64,000 nt of DNA, taken from contig CAVPCT010000008.1 in assembly GCA_963702475.1 (NCBI GenBank), positions 1 to 64,000 of the forward strand. Direction: 5' to 3'. Position 1 is the stretch's first letter. Each line of letters opens with the position of its first letter. The position numbers and the translations under genes are program-made. Source of the stretch: an uncultured Thermoleophilia bacterium. Lineage in GTDB: Bacteria > Actinomycetota > Thermoleophilia > UBA2241. This document shows positions 49,397-59,865 of the stretch, in pieces. The notes under the pieces are model-generated. The model saw only the letters and a list, made by a program, of their open reading frames with translations. It did not search any database and had not been told where the DNA came from.

Positions 49397-50456
49397 CTAA
49401 TACTGGCCGTACTCGCGGCACGCCTTCACCATCTGGAACACGTTCACGGGTGGCGCCTGCGGCGGCACCTCGCATCCGGTCATGAGGGCGTAACCACTGG
49501 GATGGTCCTTGCCCTCGAGCACGCAGGCCTCGCAGAGCTCCATGACCTGTTCGGGCGTCCCCTCCTGCATCGTGATCGGGTCCACGTTGCCCATCACGAC
49601 GTTGCCGGGGAACGCCTCGCGCGCGGACGTGATGGAGACCTCGCGGCCCACGCTCACGAAGCCGCGTTTGCCGAACTCGAGCTGCGACCAGTACGGCAGG
49701 TTCTTGTTCTGCTCACCGCAGATGTGGCTGGCGACGATCGCCACGTCCTGGGCGGTGGCGTAGGAGTGGATCTCCTTCAGATAGGGGAAGGCGAAGGTCC
49801 CGAACTGCTTGGGCGAGTACAGGACGTTGGTCTCGATGCACAGGTCGAAGGCCATGATCCGCTCGGGCCCGAACTCCTTCACCCAATAGTCGACCTTGGC
49901 GCGGACGAAGTCGGTGATCACGCGTAGTACGTGGTGCACGAGATCCGGCTTCTTGATCGATCCAGCGCATGAGCCGCTCTTCGCCGCAGATGGACCCTGC
50001 CCAGGTGAGCGGCGAGCCGATCTGGATGGTGACGTTCATCCCGGCCTCGTACTGGAGGCGGGAGAACTCGAGGGCGATCGGTATCGTCCCGACGCTCGTG
50101 ATGTCCTCGGGGACGGCCAGATTCCAGGCGTCGTCCTCGTTCTGCACGGGGTTCTTCTTCATCATGGGGGCGCCCGTGTACTTGCGATACGGGTACTCGA
50201 TCTCGCCGCCGAACTCGGCCCCGCCCGCGTTCGCCCAGCCGTGCAGCACCAACCCGTCGTAGCCGTACATCTCCATGGCGTCGCGCTGGCACTTGAGGCT
50301 CATGGCGGCGTCGTCGTAGACCTTGGCTATCGGCTGCCCGCTCACCACCGCCGTGTGGCCGAGGATGAACTGCAGGCAGGGCACGCGGTCGAGGTCATCG
50401 CCCCTGACGAGCGCTTCCCACCGCTCTTGCGAGGTCATCTGGTCACGTACTGGCAC
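49397..50456 (-). CDS. MtaA/CmuA (URO-D family) methyltransferase, frameshift near 49958
   Basis: DRVP, SHICG, MGNVDP, GTPEQV, TGCEVP. Confidence 0.88.
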
Positions 50457-50570
50457 TTGTCTCCCCTCCTTGCTCCAGCCCGACGGCTCTCGGGCTCGTC
50501 ACGTGTGTCCGGCTCGATCTGGATGGCCTGGTCCCCTGGCAGCCGTGCCCCCTTTCCGAGCGACGCGTCG

Positions 50571-51593
50571 TCAGTACGCGGCCTCGTGGGCGACATCGAT
50601 CATCGCCCTGACGTTCTCGATGGGCGTGTCCACGCTCAGGTCGCAGCCGGCACCCATGACGTAGCCCCCACCCGCCTTGCACTTGTCGAGACAGGCGGTC
50701 GCGGCCTCCCTGACGGTGCCGACGTCCGCGAGCAGCGTGTCGGCCGGGTCGAGGTTGCCGAGCAGGCACACAGCGTCGCCGATGGCCTCCTTGGCGACGG
50801 CGGGGTCCACGGCGTGGTCGAAGCTGAGAGCGCCGGGGCCGAGCTCCTTGACCATGGGCAGGACCTTGGTCGTGTTGCCGCAGATGTGGAGGATCGTCGG
50901 CAGCCCCATGGCGTGCACCGCCTCGATGACGCGCCCGGTGTACGGCTTGACGAACCCCTCGAAGTGCTTGGGCGACAGGAGGTTCCCGGAGGCGGAGGGG
51001 TCGCAGATGAAGAAGCCCTCGACCCCGATGTCCTGGTAGAGCTTGATGTGCCGCATGATCAGGTCGGTGCAGTAGTCGAGCAGGCGGTGCGTCTGCTCGG
51101 GGCGCTTGATCATGTCGCTCATCAGGTGAGCGGCGTCCCGCATGTGGCCGGCGAGCGTGAACGGCAGCGGGACGGTCGCATAACAGAAGTACTCGTCGAG
51201 GAACTCGGGAAGGAGCGCCTCGGCGGCGACGACAGAGGCCTTGACGCGCTCGTCGCCGCTGGTGTCGACCGGCTCGAGGTCCGCGACCTCGTCGATGGAA
51301 CTCATGGGGTTCTTGACCACCATCGGACTGCCCGCATCGGCGATCTGCGATGTGCAGCCGACCACGTCCAGGAACGCGAACCAGTCCCAGACGACCTCGA
51401 GCGCGTCGAACGGGCACGCCTCCTGCGCACGCTTCACGGCATCGACCGCCCGGGCAGGCTCGGCGATCGACTGCGGCACGGTCACGCCGAACGACTCGAG
51501 AGCCCAATAGCCCTGGAAGGGCGGGGCGGCTGGCACCCGGTCGGGGGTCTCGGTCAGACCCATTGCCTTCAGGAACCGTTCCTTAGGTCTCAT
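50571..51593 (-). CDS. MtaA/CmuA (URO-D family) methyltransferase
   Basis: PDRVP, CDPSAS, LHICG, LGNLDP, GAGCDL (Zn ligands H-x-C...C). Confidence 0.92.
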   Translation of the reverse strand: MRPKERFLKAMGLTETPDRVPAAPPFQGYWALESFGVTVPQSIAEPARAVDAVKRAQEACPFDALEVVWDWFAFLDVVGCTSQIADAGSPMVVKNPMSSIDEVADLEPVDTSGDERVKASVVAAEALLPEFLDEYFCYATVPLPFTLAGHMRDAAHLMSDMIKRPEQTHRLLDYCTDLIMRHIKLYQDIGVEGFFICDPSASGNLLSPKHFEGFVKPYTGRVIEAVHAMGLPTILHICGNTTKVLPMVKELGPGALSFDHAVDPAVAKEAIGDAVCLLGNLDPADTLLADVGTVREAATACLDKCKAGGGYVMGAGCDLSVDTPIENVRAMIDVAHEAAY

Positions 51594-52422
51594 TCCAGCA
51601 CTCTCCTTCCGCCTGTGGCACCCCGGTCCGCCCTTCAGAGAGAAAGCGCCGGACCACGGCCGTGAAGACCGGCGGGTCCTCCACGTACGGCATGTGGCCG
51701 GCGCCCTCGAACACGTGCAGTCGTGCGCCCGGGATGAGGTCGACGAGCTCGCGCGCGAAGCGCGGGGGTGTGCAGATGTCGAGCGACCCGACGGTCACGA
51801 GCGTGGGACATGAGATCTGCTCGAGCCTGTCGCGCGTGTCGTGGGTGAGGAGGGCCTCGGCGGAGCGGCAGAACGCGTCCACGCTCTGCGCGTGCGGGTT
51901 CCGCTCCGCTGCCTCCGCCCACTCCTCCATGGTGCCGTCGTCGTAGATGAACGGCGCCACGAACCACACGTTCACCGCCAGGAAGAACTCCCGCGTCGAC
52001 GAGGCGGCGCGCGCCAGCAGCTGCCAGCCGCGGACCGCCTCACGCAAGTACGCGTCCGTCGCGCCCCACGTGCCGTGCAGCAGCAGGCTCCTCACCCGCC
52101 CCGGTGCGCGCAGGGTCAGCTCCTGGGCGATCGCCCCACCCATTGACGACCCCACCACGTGGGCGCGTTCGATACCCAGTTCATCCATCAACGCCACGGT
52201 ATCGGTGGCGAAATCGACGATGTGATACGGGCCGCCGGGAGTCGACGAGCGGCCCACACCGCGATTGTCGAACACCGTGACGCGGTAGCGGTCGCTCAGG
52301 CCGGCGGCCTGGCCCGCCCAGCACGACCCTTCGTCGGCCAGGCCGGCGATGAAGAGTACGTCGTCGCCGTCGCCGGCCTGCTCCATCCAGAGCTCCGCGC
52401 CCGGTACCGTCACGTGGCTCAT
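51583..52422 (-). CDS. Alpha/beta hydrolase
   Basis: FDNRGVGRS, GSSMGG nucleophile elbow, D and GH catalytic residues. Confidence 0.92.
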   Translation of the reverse strand: MSHVTVPGAELWMEQAGDGDDVLFIAGLADEGSCWAGQAAGLSDRYRVTVFDNRGVGRSSTPGGPYHIVDFATDTVALMDELGIERAHVVGSSMGGAIAQELTLRAPGRVRSLLLHGTWGATDAYLREAVRGWQLLARAASSTREFFLAVNVWFVAPFIYDDGTMEEWAEAAERNPHAQSVDAFCRSAEALLTHDTRDRLEQISCPTLVTVGSLDICTPPRFARELVDLIPGARLHVFEGAGHMPYVEDPPVFTAVVRRFLSEGRTGVPQAEGECWNET

Positions 52423-54410
52423 CTGCCCTCCCGGTCCAGCCGCCCGGGCAGGCCTTCTGCGGCCAGCACTCCGGCGAGGTTGGCGAACTCGTCCTTCATG
52501 TGCGGGATGTACATGGCCCGCGCCATGTCGCCCTCGAAGGCCGGCTCCAGGGACAGCTCGAGGTACTCGACCTGGCGCGCGACGCGGTCGGCCTCGCGCC
52601 GCTTGGCGGCACTGAGTAGTGCCATGCGCGCCCCGTCGCCGGCGGCGTTGCCCACGGCGTGTACCTGCTGCAGAGGTACGTCGGGGAACATGCCGAGCAC
52701 CAGCGACTTCTCGCGGTCGATGAGCGATCCGAAAGCGCCGGCGAGCACCACGCGGTCGAGACCGTCGTAGCCCAGCTCGCGCATCATGATCCTGGCGCCC
52801 GCGTACATCGCGCCCTTGGCCAGCTGCACGGCGCGCACGTCCCCGATGGTGATGGTGATGTCGCGGCCGATCGACGTCTCCGGCGCCCACGCCAGCACGT
52901 ACTCGTCGCCCGCGTCGCCCCTGCGCACGCGCGGGCTGTCCACGCCTTTCACGAACCGCCCGGACCTGTCGATGACGCCGGCCTTGAACAGCTCGGCCAC
53001 GCCGTCGATGATCCCCGACCCGCAGATGCCCTTGCAGCCGATCGTCTCGGGCGGCAGCTCATCGCTCCACGCGTCCTTGCCGACGACCCGGTAGCGCGGC
53101 TCCCTGGTCTCGGGGCTGATGGAGACGCGCTCGATGGCGCCCGGAGCCGCGCGCATGCCGAAGAGGATCTGGGCGCCCTCGAACGCCGGGCCCGTGGCGC
53201 ACGACGACGAGATGAGCCGCCGGCCGTCGCCCATGATGAGCTCACCGTTGGTGCCGATGTCCACGATGAGCTGGCGCTCGTCCCGCTTCCACGGCTCCTC
53301 GGCGATGAGCACCCCGACGTTGTCGGCCCCCACGAAGCCCGCCTCGTTGGGCAGCACGAAGACGTTGGCTCCGGGGCAGAGATCGAGCCCCAGGTCGCGC
53401 GCCTTGACGTTGATCGAGTGCTGCACCGTGGGCGCGTAGGGGGCCACTCCCAGGTACTGCGGGTCGATGCCGAGGAAGCAGTGATGCATCGCCGTGTTGA
53501 AGACGACCGCCATCTCGAGGATGTCGCGGCTGGTGAGGCCGGCCGCCTCGGCGACCCGCGCCGCCAGCGCGTTCACTCCTCCTACGACGGCGAGGCGCAG
53601 CCTCTCCACGCCGTCGTCGTGCGACATGGAGAAGGCGATGCGGCTCATCACGTCCTCGCCGCAGGACACCTGCGGGTTCATCATGGCGTCGCAGGCCAGG
53701 ACCTCCCCGGTCTCGAGGTCGCACAGGTAGGCGGCGACGGACGTGGTGCCGACGTCCACGGCGAGTCCCACGCTGCGCTGCACCCTGCCCGCCGCGACCC
53801 GCACGATCTCGGGCGCCTGCCCTCCCGTCCATACCGACACCGAGACCTTCCAGGATGCCGCCCGCAGCGTCCCGCCGAGGCCAACGAGGACCCTGTGGTC
53901 GATCAGTGGCCGGTGCAGGCCGTGGTGCGCCCTCAACGCCTCGCACAACCGCTCGTAGTCGCCGAGGGGGTCGTGCAGCGTCGGCGGCTCCATCTCCACG
54001 AAGTAGGTGCGCACCGACGGGTCGACCTCGATCAGGCGATCGGTCGCGGACTTGCGTACCACCTGGCCGTCCAGCCGCGCCTCCTCCGGCACGAAGACGG
54101 CCAGGTCGCCGTGGATCGTCGCTTTGCAGGCGAGCCGGTACCCCTGAGCCAGCTCCTGAAGCGTGAAGAACTCGTCCTCGTCGGCGATGCGCGGCGAGAC
54201 GTGGGCGGTCGATGACTCCACCTCGAGGGCCCGAAAGAAGCCCTCCTCGATGCGGACCCTGCACTTGCCGCAGGTCTGTTTCTCGCCGCAGAGCGCTTCG
54301 ATGCCCACGCCGAGCTCGCGGCCGGCGTCGAGGACAGACGTGCCGTCCTCGACCCGGCCCCGCCGGCCGGACGGCTGGAAGACGACCATGTGCAGCCGTT
54401 CAGGCGTCAA
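52419..54410 (-). CDS. ATP-dependent corrinoid reductive activator (RACo/RamA-like ASKHA with 2Fe-2S)
   Basis: CGEKQTCGKC..RLAC, VDVGTT, GFVGAD, DIGTNGE, TGPAFEG, GICGSG, LAGAFG, GNAA. Confidence 0.93.
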   Translation of the reverse strand: MTPERLHMVVFQPSGRRGRVEDGTSVLDAGRELGVGIEALCGEKQTCGKCRVRIEEGFFRALEVESSTAHVSPRIADEDEFFTLQELAQGYRLACKATIHGDLAVFVPEEARLDGQVVRKSATDRLIEVDPSVRTYFVEMEPPTLHDPLGDYERLCEALRAHHGLHRPLIDHRVLVGLGGTLRAASWKVSVSVWTGGQAPEIVRVAAGRVQRSVGLAVDVGTTSVAAYLCDLETGEVLACDAMMNPQVSCGEDVMSRIAFSMSHDDGVERLRLAVVGGVNALAARVAEAAGLTSRDILEMAVVFNTAMHHCFLGIDPQYLGVAPYAPTVQHSINVKARDLGLDLCPGANVFVLPNEAGFVGADNVGVLIAEEPWKRDERQLIVDIGTNGELIMGDGRRLISSSCATGPAFEGAQILFGMRAAPGAIERVSISPETREPRYRVVGKDAWSDELPPETIGCKGICGSGIIDGVAELFKAGVIDRSGRFVKGVDSPRVRRGDAGDEYVLAWAPETSIGRDITITIGDVRAVQLAKGAMYAGARIMMRELGYDGLDRVVLAGAFGSLIDREKSLVLGMFPDVPLQQVHAVGNAAGDGARMALLSAAKRREADRVARQVEYLELSLEPAFEGDMARAMYIPHMKDEFANLAGVLAAEGLPGRLDREGR

Positions 54411-55155
54411 GCGGGGCCTCCGCGTGCCCGGCCGTGGCGTGCTGCGCCAGCACCTCGGCGAGGTCGAGCACCGTGAATGCCTCGCCCTTGTCCTTGGCGC
54501 CATCGGACAACATGGTCATGCAGTAGGGGCACGCCGTGACGACGGTCTCCACGTTGGCGGCGATGGCTTCGTCGGTGCGCATGTGGTTGATGCGCTCGCC
54601 CTCAGGCTCCTCGAGGAACACACGGCCCCCTCCCCCGCCGCAGCAGAAGGAGTCCGGCCCGGAGCGCGGGAACTCGACCAGCCGCATGCCGCGCACGGCG
54701 CCGAGCGCCGAGCGCGGCTCCCGGTAGATGCCCTCGTAGCGGCCGAGGTAGCAGGAGTCGTGATAGGCCGTGCGGCCGTGCTCGGTCGCCGGGCCCGAGG
54801 GGTCGAGCCGGCCCTGGGCGACGAGCTGAGCGAGCAGCTCGGCGTGATGCAGGATCCGCACGCCGGGGATCTCGTACTCGTGCTTCAACACCCGGTAGCA
54901 GTGCGGGCAGCCCGTCACCACGGCCTCGGCCCCGGACGCCGTGATGGCGGCCGTGTTCTCCTCCGCCAGCGTCTGGAACAGGAACTCGTTGCCGAGACGG
55001 CGGGCCGGGTCGCCGCAGCACTTCTCACCCGTGCCCAGCGTGACGTAGGGCACGCCGGCCGTCTCCAGCAGCGCGGTGATGGCCCGCGCCACCTGCTGGT
55101 TGCGCTTGTCGAAGGCCCCGGCGCAGCCCACCCAGTACAGCCAGGTCTCGTTCAT
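54400..55155 (-). CDS. CCG-domain Fe-S protein (HdrD/GlpC-like)
   Basis: WVGC, EKCCG, CPHC, YHDSCYLGR, FCCGGGGG, ACPYC. Confidence 0.9.
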   Translation of the reverse strand: MNETWLYWVGCAGAFDKRNQQVARAITALLETAGVPYVTLGTGEKCCGDPARRLGNEFLFQTLAEENTAAITASGAEAVVTGCPHCYRVLKHEYEIPGVRILHHAELLAQLVAQGRLDPSGPATEHGRTAYHDSCYLGRYEGIYREPRSALGAVRGMRLVEFPRSGPDSFCCGGGGGRVFLEEPEGERINHMRTDEAIAANVETVVTACPYCMTMLSDGAKDKGEAFTVLDLAEVLAQHATAGHAEAPLDA

Positions 55156-56483
55156 GACGGCCCGCCTTCACCTGGAGCAGCAGAGACGCCCTCGGGCAGC
55201 TCCTTGGCTTTGTCACTCGCCGCGGACCAGGCGGCGCGATCCGCCCAACCGATGCCCCAGGGGTTGTAGTTGGTCTCGATGTTGCGCAGCGCGAGCTGTC
55301 CTTCGGAGGGGATGTCCCCCTCCATCATCACGAGGTACTGGCGCAGCTCCACGAGCAGGGGCGGGTGCTCTATGGAGACGGGGCACACCTGCGTGCAGGC
55401 CCCGCAGGTCGTGCAGGCCCAGATCACGTTGTGGTCGATGGAGCTCGGCTGGGGCTCGGCCGGCTGGGCCGGCGCCGGCTCGGGCTCGCCCTCCGCACTC
55501 CTGCCGTCACCGCCGAGCGCGTAGCTGAGCTGTGCGTCCTCGAGCCAGCGCCGCAGGTCGAGGACGACCTGCTTGGGGGTCAGTGACTTGCCCGAGGCGA
55601 ACGCCGGGCACACGTCCTGGCACCTGCCGCAGCGCGTGCAGGCCTCGAGGGCCAGCCGCGCCCGCCGGTCCAACTCGGAGACGTCCCCGAGCCCGTACAG
55701 CACCTTGGTCTCGTCCGTGAAGTCGATCGGCTCGAGGCGTCCCTTCACGGTGCGGTCGGCCGCGTTCATCTGGTTGGCGGGTGCTGTCGCTAGGTGCAGC
55801 AGCTTGGTGAACGGGACGATGGCGATCAGGGCGCAGGCGGTCAGAAGGTGGAACCACCACAGCACCTGGTACGTGGTCTCCAGTGCCCCGAGCGACATGC
55901 CGGAGAACAGCCCGGCGAGCGCCCACCCCACAGGGCTCCACGCCTCCCAGGCGTCGGGGACGGCGGCCATGCGCAGGCCCTCGAGGACGAAGCCCACGAC
56001 GAGGACCACCAGCAAGCCGCCGAGGACGATCAGGTCGTCCGGCCTGTTGTCGAGCCTGCGGGGACGGATGATGTAGCGGCGCACCACAGCCATCACGACG
56101 CCGATGACGGCCGCGAGGCCGAGCGCGTCGAGAAGAAGCGACAGCCACAGGTAGAAGTCACCCTGGAACACCGGCAGGCCGAGATCGGCCTTCAGCAGCA
56201 CCATCAGGGTGCCGAAGGCCAGCGCGATCATCCCCCAGAGGATGAACAGGTGCATGAGGCTTGCGTAGAGGTCGGTCCAGAACCTGCGCTGCAGGAAGCC
56301 GTCGAGGATGAGCGCCTTGATGCGGCGGCCCCAGCCCGACGAGGCCAGCGTGCCGTGTGGCCCTCGGCGGACCAGGCGCAGGCGTGCCCACATGCCGTAC
56401 AGGAAGACCGCCGTCGCGATCGCGGCGGGCAGGTACAGCCACTCGTGGCCGGGGATCGCCCAGTAAATCTCACGCGTGACCAC
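55152..56483 (-). CDS. Membrane heme b-type subunit plus 2x4Fe-4S (N-terminal half of ETF:quinone oxidoreductase-like protein)
   Basis: TM helices with MHLFILWG, WWFH, TKLLH; CTRCGRCQDVCP and CTTCGACTQVCP. Confidence 0.88.
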   Translation of the reverse strand: MVTREIYWAIPGHEWLYLPAAIATAVFLYGMWARLRLVRRGPHGTLASSGWGRRIKALILDGFLQRRFWTDLYASLMHLFILWGMIALAFGTLMVLLKADLGLPVFQGDFYLWLSLLLDALGLAAVIGVVMAVVRRYIIRPRRLDNRPDDLIVLGGLLVVLVVGFVLEGLRMAAVPDAWEAWSPVGWALAGLFSGMSLGALETTYQVLWWFHLLTACALIAIVPFTKLLHLATAPANQMNAADRTVKGRLEPIDFTDETKVLYGLGDVSELDRRARLALEACTRCGRCQDVCPAFASGKSLTPKQVVLDLRRWLEDAQLSYALGGDGRSAEGEPEPAPAQPAEPQPSSIDHNVIWACTTCGACTQVCPVSIEHPPLLVELRQYLVMMEGDIPSEGQLALRNIETNYNPWGIGWADRAAWSAASDKAKELPEGVSAAPGEGGPS

Positions 56484-56501
56484 CGACGCCTCCTTGCAGC
56501 G

Positions 56502-57488
56502 CTAGCTCTCGTCTCCCATCCGTCGCACCTCGGCGGCCAGAGCAGGAGCGAGCTTGTACAGGTCGCCGACCAGCGTGTAGTCGGCCTCTTCGCACATCGG
56601 GCAGTCCGGGTCCTTGTTGATGGCGACGATGACCCGCGACGAGCCCATTCCGGCGAAGTGCTGGATGGCGCCCGAGATGCCGCAGGCTACGTAGAGGTTC
56701 GGCGATACCGCCTTGCCGGTCTGACCGACCTGATGGTCGACGCTGATCCAGCCCGAATCCACGGCGACGCGCGACGCGCCGACGGCGCCGCCCAGCGCGT
56801 CGGCGAGATCTTCGATCACATCGAAGCCGCTCGCATCCCCGAGGCCTCGACCGCCGGAGACGATGATCTCCGCCTCCTGGAGGCTCACACGGCCGCCAGT
56901 CTTCACCGCCGTCTCGACGACCGACGACATGCGCAGCGCCCCGTCGAGCGTGATCTCAACGACCTCCTGCTCAGGGCTCGTCGGACTGACCTCGGCGAAC
57001 CCGAGAGCGTTGGGGCGGAAGGTGAGGACGGCCACCGCCCCCGGTGCGGTGCTCACGGTACAAAGGAGCTTGCTGCCGTAGACGGGCCGCACGAGGTGCA
57101 GGCCGTCGTCCTTGCCCTGCATGCCGACGCAGTCGGCGACGTACGCGGCGCCCACCCCTTCGGCGACCCGGGGGGCAACCGCGCGGGCGAGCGGCGTGTT
57201 GCCGAAGACCACGAGCGAGGGGCCGGACTCCGCCACATAGCCGGTGAGGACGCCGGCGAGCGCTTCGGGCGCCTCGGTCAGCTGCGGGCTGCCGACATGC
57301 ACGACCTTGTCGGCCGCCCATGCCGACAGCTGCTGAAGCTCGTCGGGCCCGGCGTCGCCGACCACGATTGCCACGAGCGGCTGCCCCCAGGCGTCGGCGA
57401 CGGCACGGAACTGCGTGACGAGTTCGCCGCACACCCTGCGAAGCGCGCCGTCCTTGGTCTCGCAATACACGAGGATGCCAGAGCTCAT
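56502..57488 (-). CDS. etfA: Electron transfer flavoprotein alpha subunit
   Basis: [30 protein letters not shown]. Confidence 0.96.
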   Translation of the reverse strand: MSSGILVYCETKDGALRRVCGELVTQFRAVADAWGQPLVAIVVGDAGPDELQQLSAWAADKVVHVGSPQLTEAPEALAGVLTGYVAESGPSLVVFGNTPLARAVAPRVAEGVGAAYVADCVGMQGKDDGLHLVRPVYGSKLLCTVSTAPGAVAVLTFRPNALGFAEVSPTSPEQEVVEITLDGALRMSSVVETAVKTGGRVSLQEAEIIVSGGRGLGDASGFDVIEDLADALGGAVGASRVAVDSGWISVDHQVGQTGKAVSPNLYVACGISGAIQHFAGMGSSRVIVAINKDPDCPMCEEADYTLVGDLYKLAPALAAEVRRMGDES

Positions 57489-57499
57489 GTCACTCCCCC

Positions 57500-58288
57500 T
57501 CACAGGACCTTGGCTTCGTCGCGCAGCAGGCGCGCCAGCTCACGGGCGGCGTCCTCGGGCGAGTCCGCCGCGATGATGCGTCCCGCACCCCGCGCCGGCG
57601 GGACGCCGAGACCGTCGACGCGCTTCTTGCCGGCGCCGGCGACCTCTGCTGCGTCCAGGCCGAGGTCGGCCGGCGTGAGCACCTCGATCGGCATGCGGCG
57701 TGCCTTCATGATCGCCGGGATGGCTGGGTAGCGAGGCTCGTTGAGGCCCTTCTGCGTCGTCACCAGCGCAGGAAGCTGCAGCTGGACCACCTGGGAGCCG
57801 CCCTCGACCTCGCAGCGCGCACGCGCGGACCCGCCCTCGACGAGCAGCTCGGTCACGGCGTTGGCCTGAGGGAGTCCGAGCCGTGCGGCGAGCCGCAGTG
57901 GGACTTCGCCCATGGCGTCGTCGATCGCGATGCGCCCACAGAGGATCAGGTCGAAGCCGGTCCGGTGGGCGACCGCATCGAGCACGCGGGCGACTGCCGC
58001 ACCGTCGACGCCCACGAGGGCTTCGTCCCACACCCGCGTGGCACTGTCCGCGCCCATGGCGAGACCCAGCCGCAACGCATCGTCGGACCGCGGCGGGCCC
58101 ACGGTGACGAGCGAGACGGTGACATCTCCGGCGGCCTCTTTGATGCGCACGGCGGCCTCGACCGCGAACTCGTCGTAGGGGTTCATGATGAAAGTGATGT
58201 CACGCTCGGTGATGGACACGCCGTCCTCGGCCACGACGACCTTCGCTTCCGTGTCCGGCACCTGTTTCACACAGACAAGGATCTGCAC
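57500..58288 (-). CDS. etfB: Electron transfer flavoprotein beta subunit
   Basis: VCVKQVPD, NPYDEFAVE, AMGAD, NEPRY. Confidence 0.96.
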   Translation of the reverse strand: MQILVCVKQVPDTEAKVVVAEDGVSITERDITFIMNPYDEFAVEAAVRIKEAAGDVTVSLVTVGPPRSDDALRLGLAMGADSATRVWDEALVGVDGAAVARVLDAVAHRTGFDLILCGRIAIDDAMGEVPLRLAARLGLPQANAVTELLVEGGSARARCEVEGGSQVVQLQLPALVTTQKGLNEPRYPAIPAIMKARRMPIEVLTPADLGLDAAEVAGAGKKRVDGLGVPPARGAGRIIAADSPEDAARELARLLRDEAKVL

Positions 58289-58319
58289 CTCGGTTCCCCT
58301 TCGCTGCTGCTCTCGAGCG

Positions 58320-58359
58320 GGGCAGCGGCTCGGCCGGCCGTCCGGCCGAGCCGCTGCCC
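58320..58359. other. Strong intra-operon hairpin between ACAD and etfB
   Basis: 18-bp stem gggcagcggctcggccgg / ccggccgagccgctgccc, no U tract. Confidence 0.55.
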
Positions 58360-58384
58360 GTTCACGTGCGCGCCGGTCACGCGC

Positions 58385-59722
58385 TCACGCGCGCGTGACC
58401 TCCCTCTTCGCGGTGGGCTCCCACTGCGGGCCGGCCCACTCGTAGTCGTAGTAGTCCAGCATCACGTCCATCTGCGTGCGGAAGCGCCCGCCGAGCCACA
58501 GCTCGGCCTGCTTCACGTCGCGCATGTACTTCTCCACGTGGTACTCGTGCGCGGAGCCGTAGGAGCCCATGAGGTCCATGACCGTCTGCAGGCTCTGCCG
58601 CACCCCCATCATCACCATCTGGTCGACGGCCGCGGCGCGGCTGTAGATGAACTTCTCCCACGGCATGCCGTACTTCTGGGGATGGTCGAACATGTAGCAG
58701 ACTTCCATATAGGCGGCGCGGGCCGTCGTCCACTGGGTGAGGATCCCGCCCAGGGCGTGCACGAACACCGAGTGCTCGCGCATGGGCTTGCCGGCGATGA
58801 TGCGGTCGCGGGAGAAGTCGAGGAGCAGCTCGATGCACGACTGCACGCAGCCGTTCACATAGGCCGGAGTGGTGATCTTGTCCTCGACGGCGAGCTCTTT
58901 GAAGAGATCGGCGTCGCGCACGTCCGTACCCCACGTCACGGCGTTCTCGAGCGGCACCCGCACGTTGTCGTAGAAGATCTCGGTGTTGGTGTCGGTGCAG
59001 CACATGCCCATGGTCGGGATGGGCTTGCCGAACGAGAGTCCTTCGGCATCGGCCGGAACGACGATGAACTTGATGCCTTCTTCGCCCAGATTCGGGTCGG
59101 TTGTGCACAGGGTCATGTAGCCGATGTCGGCGACGCTGGCGCCGCTGGGCCAGATCTTGGCGCCGTTGATGACCCACTCATCCCCGTCGCGCTTGCAGAT
59201 CGTGCGGATCGTGCGGCCGTGCTGCGTGGTGTCGTCGATGTTGGTGCCGCCGGCCGGCTCGGTCAGGGACATGGTCGCACGATGGTGCTTGCCGTCCAGG
59301 AGTGGGGCGCCCCACTTCTCGAGCAGGTCCATGCGGCCGGCGAACTTGATGGGCGAGTAGAACCAGTACAGGAGGCTGACGTCCAGGGAGATACCGGCGT
59401 CGGCCCGGCCGAGCTCTTCGATCAGCATGGCGTACATCACGGTGCTGTCCATGACGCCACCCGGCCCCCCGAGCTCCTCCGGAAGGATGGCGGCCGGCCA
59501 GCCGAAGTCGTACACGGCCTGCATGGCTTTGGCGATGGCGGCGTCCGCGATGGCCTGGTCGTGGCCGAACCCGCCGTCGAGGTCGCGACGAAGAGGCATG
59601 ATCACGTCGTCGACGACCTCGTGGAAGCGGTCGACGATGTCGTAGACCTCCTCCGCGGGGTCCGGGAGGTAGACCTCACAGAACTTCTTGCGGACGTCGA
59701 AGTTGGGGTGGTAGTAGGGCAT
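58385..59722 (-). CDS. Acyl-CoA dehydrogenase family flavoprotein (divergent)
   Basis: PEELGG, EELGRADAG, LTEPAGG, INGAKIWPS, FYDNVRVP, GSYG, EKYMRD. Confidence 0.9.
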   Translation of the reverse strand: MPYYHPNFDVRKKFCEVYLPDPAEEVYDIVDRFHEVVDDVIMPLRRDLDGGFGHDQAIADAAIAKAMQAVYDFGWPAAILPEELGGPGGVMDSTVMYAMLIEELGRADAGISLDVSLLYWFYSPIKFAGRMDLLEKWGAPLLDGKHHRATMSLTEPAGGTNIDDTTQHGRTIRTICKRDGDEWVINGAKIWPSGASVADIGYMTLCTTDPNLGEEGIKFIVVPADAEGLSFGKPIPTMGMCCTDTNTEIFYDNVRVPLENAVTWGTDVRDADLFKELAVEDKITTPAYVNGCVQSCIELLLDFSRDRIIAGKPMREHSVFVHALGGILTQWTTARAAYMEVCYMFDHPQKYGMPWEKFIYSRAAAVDQMVMMGVRQSLQTVMDLMGSYGSAHEYHVEKYMRDVKQAELWLGGRFRTQMDVMLDYYDYEWAGPQWEPTAKREVTRA

Positions 59723-59865
59723 TGTTGGCGTCCTCCTCTATCGGCTTGGATAGGCTCGCGGCTTGCCACACCGGGCCGCCCGCGTGCGGGCTGCTCAGCA
59801 CCCGATCGGTGTCATCTGGAGTGAAGGCGGACGGCGTGGTCGCCGTCGGCCCTCGATGAGTGCTC

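Noticed and set aside
48710-51593. Evidence for methanogenesis from MtaA-like genes
   Set aside because: The context is bacterial, no mcr or CoM genes are present, and this family is widespread in anaerobic bacteria.
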